In this document: piece by piece, positions 29,124 to 39,387 of the stretch
Position numbering within the stretch: the stretch's first letter is position 1
How the letters are laid out: every line of letters starts with the position of its first letter
Source of the DNA: Planctomycetota bacterium
GTDB lineage: Bacteria > Planctomycetota > PLA2 > JAEUHO01
Length of the DNA: 64,000 nt
Direction of reading: 5' to 3'
NCBI GenBank assembly: GCA_028281445.1
Contig: JANQJW010000014.1
Span: 30,026-94,025, forward strand
Translations under genes and position numbers: made by a program
Notes under the pieces: generated by a model
The model's database searches: none
What the model was told of the DNA's origin: nothing
What the model saw: only the letters and a program-made list of their open reading frames with translations

Positions 29124-30337
29124 GCTTCACCTCCGGCAGGGGGACTCGTCGGCAGCGGCTGGTAGCGGTCCTCGTCGCGCTTCCACCCGAGCCAGGCGAC
29201 GAAGAACGCGGTGCCCAGCAGAGCCACCGGCAGGATCCACAGCAGCCAGCTCCAGCCGAGCGCCAGCGCGCCGGCCGTCATCATGATGTTGACGAGCATC
29301 AGCGGCAGGAAGATCGCCCAACCGAGGCGCATGAGCTGGTCGTAGCGGAAGCGCGGGATCGTCCAGCGCACCCAGATGAAGGCGAACATGAAGAAGAGCA
29401 CCTTCACCGAGAAGATGAGCACGCCGACGGTCCAGTGGATCTTCTCGAGGCCGAAGAACGTCCAGCCGCCGAGGAAGAGCGTGACCGCGAGCGCGGCGCC
29501 GACGGCCATCGCCGTGTACTCCGCCATGAAGAACAGCGCGAACTTCATGGACGAGTACTCGGTGTGGTAGCCGGCGACGAGCTCGGTCTCCGACTCCGGC
29601 ATGTCGAACGGCAGGCGGTTCGTCTCGGCGTACGACGACGTAAGGAAGACGAAGAAGGCCAGCGGCTGCGTGAGGATCAGCCAGCCGTTCTGGCTCTGCC
29701 AGTTGACCATGTCGCCGAGGTTGAGCGAGCCCGTCATGAGAATGACCGGCACGATCGCGAGACCGAGGCTCAGCTCGTAGGAGATCATCTGCGCGCTGGC
29801 GCGCACGCCGCCGAGGAGCGAGTACTTCGAGTTGCTGGCCCAGCCGCCGAGCGTGATGCCGTAGACGCCCAGGCCGGCGACGGCGAGCACGTAGAGAGCG
29901 CCGATGTCGAGGTTGGCGATCTGCCAGGACGTGGCGACGCCCTCTTCATCCACGGTGCCCGTATAGGGAATCACCGCGAACATGATCATCGCCGGCACGA
30001 CCGTGATGGCGGGCGCCAGCGTGTACATCCACTTGTTCACGTGCTTCGGAATGACGTCTTCCTTGAACATGAACTTGCCGAGGTCGGCGAGCGGCTGCAG
30101 CAGGCCCTCGGGGCCTACGCGGTTGGGGCCGAGGCGGTCCTGCATCCACGCGCTGACGCGACGCTCCGCCCAGACCATCAGGGCGCTGAGGATCAGGATG
30201 ATGTGCACGATCAGCAGCAGCAGCAGCAGGCGGCCGAGCGCCCATCCAAAGGTGACGCTGCCGTCCTCCGCCAGCGCAAACCAGTCCCAGATGCTTGCCA
30301 GGAAGGCTGCGGGGACGATCGTCAGGAGATCCATCAT
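29120..30337 (-). CDS. nuoH: NADH-quinone oxidoreductase subunit H.
   Basis: WAERRVSAWMQDRLGPNRVGPEGLLQPLAD is the NuoH/ND1 signature. Confidence 0.9.
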   Translation of the reverse strand: MMDLLTIVPAAFLASIWDWFALAEDGSVTFGWALGRLLLLLLIVHIILILSALMVWAERRVSAWMQDRLGPNRVGPEGLLQPLADLGKFMFKEDVIPKHVNKWMYTLAPAITVVPAMIMFAVIPYTGTVDEEGVATSWQIANLDIGALYVLAVAGLGVYGITLGGWASNSKYSLLGGVRASAQMISYELSLGLAIVPVILMTGSLNLGDMVNWQSQNGWLILTQPLAFFVFLTSSYAETNRLPFDMPESETELVAGYHTEYSSMKFALFFMAEYTAMAVGAALAVTLFLGGWTFFGLEKIHWTVGVLIFSVKVLFFMFAFIWVRWTIPRFRYDQLMRLGWAIFLPLMLVNIMMTAGALALGWSWLLWILPVALLGTAFFVAWLGWKRDEDRYQPLPTSPPAGGEA

Positions 30338-31860
30338 GCGCCCACCTCGGCAGTAGCGGTGTCACCGGGGAACGGAACGCCCTCGAAGGCCTTCATCGCG
30401 CGAATCGACTCGATGACTCCCTCGCGGCCGCGCCACTCGTAGGCGTCGTCGAACTCGCCGATGAGCTCCTCGAGCAGCTCGACCGGCGGCGTGAGGTTGC
30501 CCGGGCCAATGCCCTGGTTGCGCTCCATGGCCTGCACGAGGCCGTCGATGTTGACCAGCAGGCCCTCACGCTCAGCCCACGACGGCATCGGGAAGACGAC
30601 CTGCGCCGAGTCCGGCACCTGCTCCATGTCGAGCGCGAAGACGACGACGGCACCGGCCTTCTCGCGCATCGAAGCGTTGACGTGCTCGTCGCGCTCGATC
30701 ATCAGGACAGCAGCGGCCGAAGCCCGCTTCGCGCGTGCGAGGCCGAGCATCTCGCCGCCCTTCGCGTTGGCGCCCTTCTCTTCCGTGATGAGCCAGTCGT
30801 CGCCCTCGCCCGTCGCGGCGGCGAACTTGGCCTTGGCTCCCATGGCCGACGCCAGCTCCTGGGCCAGCGCCATCTCCTCCAGCGTGCAGCCGCCGTCGAC
30901 GAGCACGTCGCCGGGGCTCGCCCTCAGGGCCGTGCCGGCCGCGTCGATCGCGTTGTGCCACAGTGCTTCGGCGAGCTCGCCGTTCTCCCCGCGAACCAGC
31001 GGCGCCTTCACGCGCGTGGGCGAGTTGACGAACTTGTAGCCGAGACGGCCCTCGTCGGACATCCACCACTGGTTGACGCCGGGGTTGTACCGCGGCTCGA
31101 TGCGCAGGAACTCGCCCTCGCGCCCGCCGGTGGTGATGTTCACGCCCTTGGCGCTGCTCGTGTCGATGGACGGTGCGAAGTCCATGAACCACAGCCGGCT
31201 CTTGAACCGGAAGTCCTTGGACGTGAGCGCCCCGACCGGGCAGATGTCGATGATGTTCATCGCGTAGGGCGTTTCGAACTCGCCCTTGCTCGTCATGATC
31301 ACGATCTCTTCGTCGCCGCGACCGCCGAGGTCGAGCTCGTTGGTCTCCGTGACCTCCTGGCAGAAGCGCACGCACAGGGTGCACTTGATGCAGCGCTCGG
31401 CGTCATAGACGATCTTCTCGCCGAAGGGCACGTTCTTGGGCAGCTTCGTCTTCGCGGTGCTCGTGCTCGCCTTGCCGCCGCCGTGCTCGTAGCTGTAGTC
31501 CTGCAGGTGGCACTCGCCGGCCTGATCGCAGATCGGGCAGTCCAGCGGGTGGTTGACCAGCAGCATCTCCATGACGCCGGACCGGCCTTCCTCCGCGACT
31601 TCGCTCTCGGTCTGGATCTTGAGCGGCTCGCTCACCCACGGAGGCGGTGCGCACTGCATCTTGCAGGAGATCTGCGGCTGCGGGTTGCCCTCGACCTCGA
31701 CCATGCAGATGCGGCAGTTGCCCGCGATCGAGAGGCCGGGGTGGTAGCAGTAGTGCGGAACGTCGATGCCGTTCTCGTGGCAGACCTGGATGACCGTCTG
31801 CCCCTCCTTGAACGGGTACTCCGTGCCGTTGATGAAGATGGTCGAGACCTTGTCAGCCAT
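30334..31860 (-). CDS. nuoG: NADH-quinone oxidoreductase subunit G (short form, 508 aa).
   Basis: N-terminal 2Fe-2S ferredoxin-like domain (CYHPGLSIAGNCRICMVEV) and 4Fe-4S clusters. Lacks most of the C-terminal molybdopterin-like domain. Confidence 0.85.
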   Translation of the reverse strand: MADKVSTIFINGTEYPFKEGQTVIQVCHENGIDVPHYCYHPGLSIAGNCRICMVEVEGNPQPQISCKMQCAPPPWVSEPLKIQTESEVAEEGRSGVMEMLLVNHPLDCPICDQAGECHLQDYSYEHGGGKASTSTAKTKLPKNVPFGEKIVYDAERCIKCTLCVRFCQEVTETNELDLGGRGDEEIVIMTSKGEFETPYAMNIIDICPVGALTSKDFRFKSRLWFMDFAPSIDTSSAKGVNITTGGREGEFLRIEPRYNPGVNQWWMSDEGRLGYKFVNSPTRVKAPLVRGENGELAEALWHNAIDAAGTALRASPGDVLVDGGCTLEEMALAQELASAMGAKAKFAAATGEGDDWLITEEKGANAKGGEMLGLARAKRASAAAVLMIERDEHVNASMREKAGAVVVFALDMEQVPDSAQVVFPMPSWAEREGLLVNIDGLVQAMERNQGIGPGNLTPPVELLEELIGEFDDAYEWRGREGVIESIRAMKAFEGVPFPGDTATAEVGA

Positions 31861-33213
<1,353 letters not shown>

Positions 33214-33220
33214 CGGGTCC

Positions 33221-33739
33221 TTACTCGCAGGCGTCCATGAGCTTCTCGAGCTGCTCGTTGCTGACATTGACGTGCGGCTTGCCGTCGACGAACACGGCCG
33301 GCGCTGCCTCGCACAGGCCGAGGCACTCCATGTTCTTGACGAGGAACTTGCCGTCGGGACTCGTCATGCCGGGCTTCTCGCAGCCCGACTTGGCGAGTGC
33401 GGTCTCGCGCAGCTTCTCCGCCCCGAGCAGCCAGCACGTGAGAGTGCGGCAGACCCACACCTCGTGGCGCCCTGCGGGCTTGTCGTTGTACATGGCGTAG
33501 AACGTGAGCAGCCCCCGGATGTGGCTGTCGCTGACGCCCAGGTACTCGGCCACGCCGGCCTCGACCTCGGGGCTCACCCAGCCGCCGAAGTGACGCTGCG
33601 CGACATGAAGCACCGGCAGGCAGGCCGCCATGCGGGTCGGGTAGCGCGCGACGATCTCGTCGCACTCCTTCTTGATCTCCTTCGGCGGAAACTCGACCGC
33701 TTCAGGAGGACTCACGGGGGCCCCGTTGGTGCTGGTCAT
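33221..33739 (-). CDS. nuoE: NADH-quinone oxidoreductase subunit E.
   Basis: 2Fe-2S thioredoxin-like motifs CRTLTC...CLGLCEAAP. Start at MTSTNG. Overlaps the nuoD stop. Confidence 0.85.
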   Translation of the reverse strand: MTSTNGAPVSPPEAVEFPPKEIKKECDEIVARYPTRMAACLPVLHVAQRHFGGWVSPEVEAGVAEYLGVSDSHIRGLLTFYAMYNDKPAGRHEVWVCRTLTCWLLGAEKLRETALAKSGCEKPGMTSPDGKFLVKNMECLGLCEAAPAVFVDGKPHVNVSNEQLEKLMDACE

Positions 33740-34992
33740 TTGTCGCACTCCCCCATCACGAAGTCGATCGAACCGAGCATCGCGACGATGTCCGCGATGA
33801 GATGCCCGGGGACGATCTCCTTGAGGACCTGCAGGTTCACGAAGGAAGGCGCGCGGTACTTGAGGCGCCACGGCGCGGCACCGCCCTCGGAGCGGATGAT
33901 GTAGCCGGCCTCGCCCTTGGGGTTCTCGCTGTGGCTGTGGATCTCGCCCTTGGGCGTGTCCATCTCCCCGGTGATCAGCATGAACTGGTGGATCAGCTGC
34001 TCCATACCGGTCATGACGTCCTGCTTCTGGGGCAGCACGTACTTGGGCTCGTCGGCGAGGACCGGGCCGTCGGGAATGGAATCGATGGCCTGGACCACGA
34101 TGCGGGCCGACTGGCGCATCTCTTCCATGCGGACGAGGTAGCGGTCGTAGCTGTCGCCGTGGCGGCCGATCGGCACGTCGAAGTCGTAGTCCGCGTAGGT
34201 CCCGTACGGGCGGTCCTTGCGGACGTCGTAGCCCACGCCGCTGCCGCGCAAGCACGGTCCCGTGAGCCCGTAGCTCAGGGCCAGCTCGCGCGAGATGACG
34301 CCGACGCCCTCGTTGCGGATGCGCCAGATGCGGTTGTTCGTGAGCAGGTTCTCCCAGATGTCGACCTGCTTGTGGAAGTTGTCGCAGAATTCGCGCACGT
34401 CCTTGAGCCACTCGTCCTTGGCGTCGTACGCCAGACCGCCGATGCGCGCGTAGGTGGTGGTGAAGCGCGCGCCGGTGAGTGCTTCGAAGAAGTTGTAGAG
34501 GCGCTCGCGCTCCGTGAACGTGTAGAGGAAGACGGTCATCGCGCCGACGTCCATGCCGTACGCGCCGAGGCCGAGCAGGTGCGCCGACATGCGCGCGAGC
34601 TCACAGCAGATGACGCGAATCACCTGGGCGCGCGGCGGTGCCTGGATGCCGCAGACCTTCTCGAACGCCCAGGCGGCCGAGCAATTGTTGGCCAGCGGCG
34701 CGAGGTAGTCGAGGCGGTCGGTGTACGGGATGTAGCGGTGGTAGCCGAGCGATTCGCCGATCTTCTCCTTGCCGCGGTGCAGGTAGCCGACGTCGGGCGT
34801 GCATTTCACGACGCGCTCGCCGTCGACCTCCAGGACCAGGCGCAACACACCGTGCGTGGACGGGTGCTGCGGGCCCATGTTGAGCACCATGCGATCACCG
34901 GGATCGTCTCCCGCATCGAGCCGGATCTCCGGTTCGGGCGCCGGCGGTGCGGGCGGCGCCGTCGTGCTGAGCTGTTCGGGCGGCACGCTCAT
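33736..34992 (-). CDS. nuoD: NADH-quinone oxidoreductase subunit D.
   Basis: MVLNMGPQHPSTHGVLRL is the NuoD/49-kDa signature. The alternative upstream start at 35013 is less likely. Confidence 0.85.
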   Translation of the reverse strand: MSVPPEQLSTTAPPAPPAPEPEIRLDAGDDPGDRMVLNMGPQHPSTHGVLRLVLEVDGERVVKCTPDVGYLHRGKEKIGESLGYHRYIPYTDRLDYLAPLANNCSAAWAFEKVCGIQAPPRAQVIRVICCELARMSAHLLGLGAYGMDVGAMTVFLYTFTERERLYNFFEALTGARFTTTYARIGGLAYDAKDEWLKDVREFCDNFHKQVDIWENLLTNNRIWRIRNEGVGVISRELALSYGLTGPCLRGSGVGYDVRKDRPYGTYADYDFDVPIGRHGDSYDRYLVRMEEMRQSARIVVQAIDSIPDGPVLADEPKYVLPQKQDVMTGMEQLIHQFMLITGEMDTPKGEIHSHSENPKGEAGYIIRSEGGAAPWRLKYRAPSFVNLQVLKEIVPGHLIADIVAMLGSIDFVMGECDK

Positions 34993-35013
34993 GGAGCCTC
35001 GCAATGGCCCCAC

Positions 35014-35341
35014 GGAGGGGCCGAGGACAGGGTGAATTGCCGGGGAGATTACAGCGCGGGGAGCGTCCCGCTAAGCCCAGTCCGGGCGCTTGGAGTGGGT
35101 TCTGGGGGTTGGGTTCGAGATGGAGATGGAGATCGGGTGTTGGGTGGTGGGGTTGGGATGGAGATGGAGGTTGGGATAGAGCTTGGGCCGGGGCGCTGGC
35201 TGCAGCGGGGACGCCCGAGCAGTCCCTAGGCGGCGATTCCGGACCGATTCAGTCGCGGAAGCGCGCGGGGGGATAGAGCGAGGCGCAGCCGAACTCCGTG
35301 GGGGGCGCTGCCCCCCACAATGATCGACAACCGCTTCCGCT
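35014..35341 (-). other. Atypical 349-bp structured non-coding spacer between nuoC and nuoD (minus-strand transcript): hairpins followed by a long C/A-rich tract.
   Basis: No ORF >=60 aa on the coding strand. Minus-strand RNA: the nuoC stop codon is embedded in alternative 9-bp hairpins (CAACCGCUUCAGGGACUGAAGCGGAAGCGGUUG), then GGGGGGCAGCGCCCCCC, then a ~90-nt C/A-rich tract (CCCAACCUCCAUCUCCAUCCCAACCCC...). A hairpin GGCCCCUCCGUGGGGCC sits next to the nuoD SD. Every other nuo junction overlaps or has a gap of <=51 nt. Confidence 0.5.
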
Positions 35342-35866
35342 TCAGTCCCTGAAGCGGTTGTGTCCCTGCATGGGGAAGTCGCGCCGCAGCGGCCAGCCGT
35401 CGAAGTCCTGCGGCATGTAGATCCGCGTGAGGTCCGGGTGGCCCTCGAAGGGAATCCCGAACATGTCGAAGGTCTCGCGCTCGGACCAGTCGGCGGACTT
35501 CCAGATGTGGGAGACCGTCGGGACCGAATCGCCTTCTGCCACGCGAGTGCGCATCATTACGCGCTCCTGCGTGTCGACGTTCATGACCAGGCCGAGCACG
35601 GTGAACCGCTCGGGCTCGCGATCGGGGTAGTCCGTCGCCGTGTGGTCCACGAGCATCTCGAAGCCGGCCTGCTCCTTGAGCGCGGCCATCGCCTCGGCCC
35701 ACTTCGAGCGATGGACGCGGCAACCGGGGTAGCCGCCGTGCACCGGGTGCTCGGACCACTCCGGGTCGAACGGGGCCAGCGCCTGCTGCGTAGCCTCGGA
35801 GACGCCCTCGGGGGCGTCCGCCGTATAGACCAGGCAGCTCTCCGTGACGCGCTTCCCCTGGCTCAT
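35342..35866 (-). CDS. nuoC: NADH-quinone oxidoreductase subunit C.
   Basis: 30-kDa subunit motifs ([21 protein letters not shown]). Overlaps the nuoB stop. Confidence 0.85.
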   Translation of the reverse strand: MSQGKRVTESCLVYTADAPEGVSEATQQALAPFDPEWSEHPVHGGYPGCRVHRSKWAEAMAALKEQAGFEMLVDHTATDYPDREPERFTVLGLVMNVDTQERVMMRTRVAEGDSVPTVSHIWKSADWSERETFDMFGIPFEGHPDLTRIYMPQDFDGWPLRRDFPMQGHNRFRD

Positions 35867-36558
35867 GCCCGGCCCTCCTCGGGCTTGCGGCCCCGCTCAA
35901 TGAGCTTCTGCGGGCCCTGCTCGACGAAGCGCTCGTCGTCGGTCGCGAGGGCGATGGGCGGCCCGTGGCGCTTGCCCGGCAGTACGGCGACTTCTTCGAC
36001 GTTCTGGCCCTCAGGCGCGCTCGGGGTATCGAGCCGCAGCTCGTAGTCGCGCTCCTTGTCGATCTTGCCCTGCAGCTTGATCAGCGTGTTGAGGACGTTG
36101 TCGGGACGCGGCGGGCAGCCCGAGATATAGAAGTCCACGGGCACGAACTCGTCGATGCCCTGGACCACCGGATAGGAGCGGTACATGCCGCCCGAGCTTG
36201 CGCAGGCCCCCATGGAGACGACCCACTTGGGCTCCGCCATCTGGTCGTAGAGGCGGGTCATGACCGAGGCCATCTTGTACGTCAGGGTGCCGGCCACTAG
36301 CAGCAGGTCGGCCTGGCGGGGCGAGAAGCGGGCCACCTCCATGCCGAACCGCGCCATGTCGTAGCGGCTCGCGGCGGTCGCCATGAACTCGATGCCGCAG
36401 CAGGAAAGACCCAGCGGCAGCGGCCACATGCTGTGCTTGCGGCTCCAGTTGGCGAGGGCCTGCACGGTGGTCAGGAGCAGCGAGGCTTCGGTGCTCGCGC
36501 TGACCTGCATCAGCTCCTCGGTCTGGACGGTCTGGATGTCACCACTGGCTGCAGGCAT
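35863..36558 (-). CDS. nuoB: NADH-quinone oxidoreductase subunit B, with N- and ~60-aa C-terminal extensions.
   Basis: Fe-S cluster N2 motifs ([16 protein letters not shown]). The extra C-terminal Glu/Lys-rich tail follows the conserved end. Confidence 0.85.
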   Translation of the reverse strand: MPAASGDIQTVQTEELMQVSASTEASLLLTTVQALANWSRKHSMWPLPLGLSCCGIEFMATAASRYDMARFGMEVARFSPRQADLLLVAGTLTYKMASVMTRLYDQMAEPKWVVSMGACASSGGMYRSYPVVQGIDEFVPVDFYISGCPPRPDNVLNTLIKLQGKIDKERDYELRLDTPSAPEGQNVEEVAVLPGKRHGPPIALATDDERFVEQGPQKLIERGRKPEEGRA

Positions 36559-36561
36559 GCG

Positions 36562-36954
36562 TTACTCCTGTGCCCAGTTCACGGCGCCCTTGCGGATCAC
36601 GTACCACCACCCGATGAACAGGATGCCGATGAAGATCAGCATCTCGATGAAGAGGAAGGCGGGGAAGGCGTCGAAGTACACGGCCCACGGATAGAGGAAG
36701 ACGACCTCGATGTCGAAGAGCACGAACAGGATCGCCACCAGATAGAACTTCACGCTGAAGCGCTGGTGGGCGTCGGTGATCGGCGGCATGCCGCACTCGT
36801 ACGCCGCGTCCTTCACCGGGTTCGTCCCGGCCTTCTTGCCGAGCACGAAGGAGAGGACGAGGTTCGCGGCGGCGAAGACCAACGCGAAGATGAGCATCAT
36901 CAGCACCGGGACGTACTGCGCGGCGCTGTCGGCGAGGATGAGGGGCAGCGTCAT
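36562..36954 (-). CDS. nuoA: NADH-quinone oxidoreductase subunit A.
   Basis: Three TM helices and the YECGMPP motif. Start at MTLPLIL. Confidence 0.85.
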   Translation of the reverse strand: MTLPLILADSAAQYVPVLMMLIFALVFAAANLVLSFVLGKKAGTNPVKDAAYECGMPPITDAHQRFSVKFYLVAILFVLFDIEVVFLYPWAVYFDAFPAFLFIEMLIFIGILFIGWWYVIRKGAVNWAQE

Positions 36955-37028
36955 TGCGCGGTATTCAACCGTGGCGGGGAGCCCCGGGCGACGAAAACCG
37001 CGCTCGCGGACGGCGCTTGGCCCTCGCT

Positions 37029-37148
37029 GGCCGACCACTCCGCTGCGCTCGGGTCGCCCCTACACCGCGCCCCTTGCCGGCGACCGCCCACAGGGGGAAG
37101 GACGATGTAGGGGCGACCCGAGGCCCGCAGGGCCGAGTGGTCGGCCCG
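37029..37148. repeat. Palindromic intergenic repeat element, family A, copy 2.
   Basis: ggccgaccactccgctgcgctcgggtcgcccctacaccg ... cgatgtaggggcgacccgaggcccgcagggccgagtggtcggcccg. Lies between nuoA and the FG-GAP lipoprotein gene. Confidence 0.8.
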
Positions 37149-37163
37149 CGATCCCGCCAGCGC

Positions 37164-39176
37164 CTACTTGAACTGCGGCAGCGCCTGCTTCTCCGCGTTG
37201 CCCGTGGCCCGGTCCAGGACGTACCAGGCCCCCGCCTCGAGCGGTCCGAACTCGGTCGCCTCGCGGTCCGCACCGGGCCAGATGACCCGGACCGTGCAGT
37301 CCGTCGCGCTCCCGAGCCCGAAGTGCTCACGGGGGTCGTCGCAGCCCAGGAAGGACTTCTGGCGGATGACGGCCATCCGCTGGGTCTTGCCGCCCGCCGT
37401 GACCTCGAGGAATGCCCCCAGGGCCTCCCGGTTGCCGCCCGGCTGGCGCAGGGACAGCTTGACCCAATTGGCGTCGGGCCCGGTCCGGCTCGTGTTGCGC
37501 AGCACCGTCGGTGCTTCGTTCATGTTGAGCACGACGACGTCCATCCGCCCGTCGTTGTCGAAGTCCCCGAAGCAGGCCTGGCGCGAGCAGCGGGCCACCG
37601 CCATGCCGTCGCCGGCATCGAGGTTCTCCTTGTTGGTCTCGGGCCCCGCGTTCTGTTGCGCCTTCGTGCCGATCTCGCGCATGCCGATGGACTTGGGATC
37701 CATGTTCTCGAAGAGGGCGTTGAGCTGGTCGTACTTGGCGCCCGTCTTCGCGAAGAGGTCGATCTCCTTGTAGACGTGGCCGTTGGCTACGTAGAGGTCC
37801 AGATCGCCGTCGTTGTCAAAGTCGTACCATCCGCAGCCCCAGGAGAGGTCGTAGTAGACCTGCTGGCCCATCGTCGGCAGGCCGCGGTCCTTGTAGTAGA
37901 CCGCGCCGCCTTGGCCGCCCACGATCTTCTGGACGTGCACGTTGTTGTAGTCGTGGCTGAAGTTGGTGATGAAGATGTCGATGCGCCCGTCCTGATCGAT
38001 GTCGACGGCCGACATGCCCATGCTCGCCTGCGGCGTGATCTGGCGACCGTACTTGATGCCGAGCGTGTCGCTGGTGTCGCGGAAGCGGATCTGGCCGCTG
38101 GCGGTGCGCTCCTGCTGCCACATCGTGTTCTCGATGGAGTCGTTGGCGACGTAGATGTCGAGCAGCCCGTCTTCATTGAAGTCCCAGATGAGGCTCGTGA
38201 AGGCGTAGAGGCCGATCCGCGGGCGGAGGCCGTACTGAACGGTCAGGTCGTCGAACGTGCCGTCCTCCATCTGGCGATAGAAGTTGTCGTGCTGGCCCAC
38301 CAGGCCGATCGGGCCGCAGTAGGCTGGTATGGCGCGCCAGCGGCAGGCGCGGCCGCTCACGGACTGGACGGGCACGCCCAGCTTGAGCTCCTGCACGACG
38401 CGCATGCGCTCGACCTCGGCCGCCGGATCCGAGTAGGCGGCGACATAGAGGTCGAGACGGTCGTCGCCGTCCACGTCCGCAACGCCGACGCAGGTGGACC
38501 ATTGAGCGGGATCGCCGAGCACGCCGACCTTCTCGGCGATGTCGGTGAACGTCCCGTTGCCGTTGTTGCGGTACAGGCGATTCGGGCCGAAGTTCGCCAC
38601 GAAGATGTCCATCAGCCCGTCCGCGTCGTAGTCGAAGGCCGTCGCGCCGAACGACCAGCGCTGCTCGTCGATGCCCGCTTCGAGCGCGACATCCGTGAAC
38701 GTGCCGTCACCGTTGTTGCGCCAGAGCTGGTCGCGGAAGATCTCCTTGCGGTCGGTCTTCTCCCGGAGAAGCGCGCGCAACTCGGAGGGGTTGCTGGGGT
38801 CGGCCTCGTGCACGAGGTCGTAGTTGCTGAACACGTCTCCATCTGGGACGTAGAGGTCGAGGAAGCCGTCGCCGTCGTAGTCGAGCCAGCAGCAGCCCGG
38901 GCCCACGGCTTCGATCAGGAACTCCTTCACGCCCGCGCGCCCGGAGTGATTCACGGCCGTCATGCCGGCCTCGGCCGTCATGTCGTCGAAGCGGATCTTG
39001 GTCGCCGGAGCGTCCACCCAGGGGTCGACGGCGGGGCCGGAGGGCTGTCCGCTCAGGCTGGTCAGGGTGCCGGCCGAGGAGTCTGCGTCGGAGTCGTCGC
39101 CGCAACCCCCGAGTCCGATGGGCGCGAGTCCCAGAAGCGCGCAGAGAAGAAGGGTGGTCGCGAACCGGGATGTCAC
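37164..39176 (-). CDS. FG-GAP/ASPIC-UnbV repeat lipoprotein (CRTAC1-like beta-propeller).
   Basis: Lipobox LGLAPIGLGGCG. Multiple FG-GAP-type repeats (DYDGDGFLDLYV, DYDADGLMDIFVAN, DVDGDDRLDLYVA, DFNEDGLLDIYVAN, DIDQDGRIDIFITN, DFDNDGDLDLYVANG, DFDNDGRMDVVV). Confidence 0.75.
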   Translation of the reverse strand: MTSRFATTLLLCALLGLAPIGLGGCGDDSDADSSAGTLTSLSGQPSGPAVDPWVDAPATKIRFDDMTAEAGMTAVNHSGRAGVKEFLIEAVGPGCCWLDYDGDGFLDLYVPDGDVFSNYDLVHEADPSNPSELRALLREKTDRKEIFRDQLWRNNGDGTFTDVALEAGIDEQRWSFGATAFDYDADGLMDIFVANFGPNRLYRNNGNGTFTDIAEKVGVLGDPAQWSTCVGVADVDGDDRLDLYVAAYSDPAAEVERMRVVQELKLGVPVQSVSGRACRWRAIPAYCGPIGLVGQHDNFYRQMEDGTFDDLTVQYGLRPRIGLYAFTSLIWDFNEDGLLDIYVANDSIENTMWQQERTASGQIRFRDTSDTLGIKYGRQITPQASMGMSAVDIDQDGRIDIFITNFSHDYNNVHVQKIVGGQGGAVYYKDRGLPTMGQQVYYDLSWGCGWYDFDNDGDLDLYVANGHVYKEIDLFAKTGAKYDQLNALFENMDPKSIGMREIGTKAQQNAGPETNKENLDAGDGMAVARCSRQACFGDFDNDGRMDVVVLNMNEAPTVLRNTSRTGPDANWVKLSLRQPGGNREALGAFLEVTAGGKTQRMAVIRQKSFLGCDDPREHFGLGSATDCTVRVIWPGADREATEFGPLEAGAWYVLDRATGNAEKQALPQFK

Positions 39177-39387
39177 AGGGTGGCGCCTTTCGTCGGGTCA
39201 GCGGGACGAACGCGGACCAGAGGCAGGATCATCCCGGGGGAGCGTGGACGCGTAAAGGCAGGGCCGCGGAGAGGTGACGACGGAGGATCGGTCGCGCAAG
39301 AGAAAGGACGACGCAGGATCGGAGGCGAACGGCTCAAGGAGAGCGCCTCGCGTTGCCGTGGCCGAGTGGATGGCCACGTGTTCCGGG

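Noticed and set aside
35004-35276. 90-aa Trp/Gly-rich ORF on the + strand inside the nuoC-nuoD spacer.
   Set aside because: It is on the strand opposite to the operon, has no RBS, and its composition is dictated by the G/T-rich repeat. The region is better explained as non-coding structured RNA on the minus strand.
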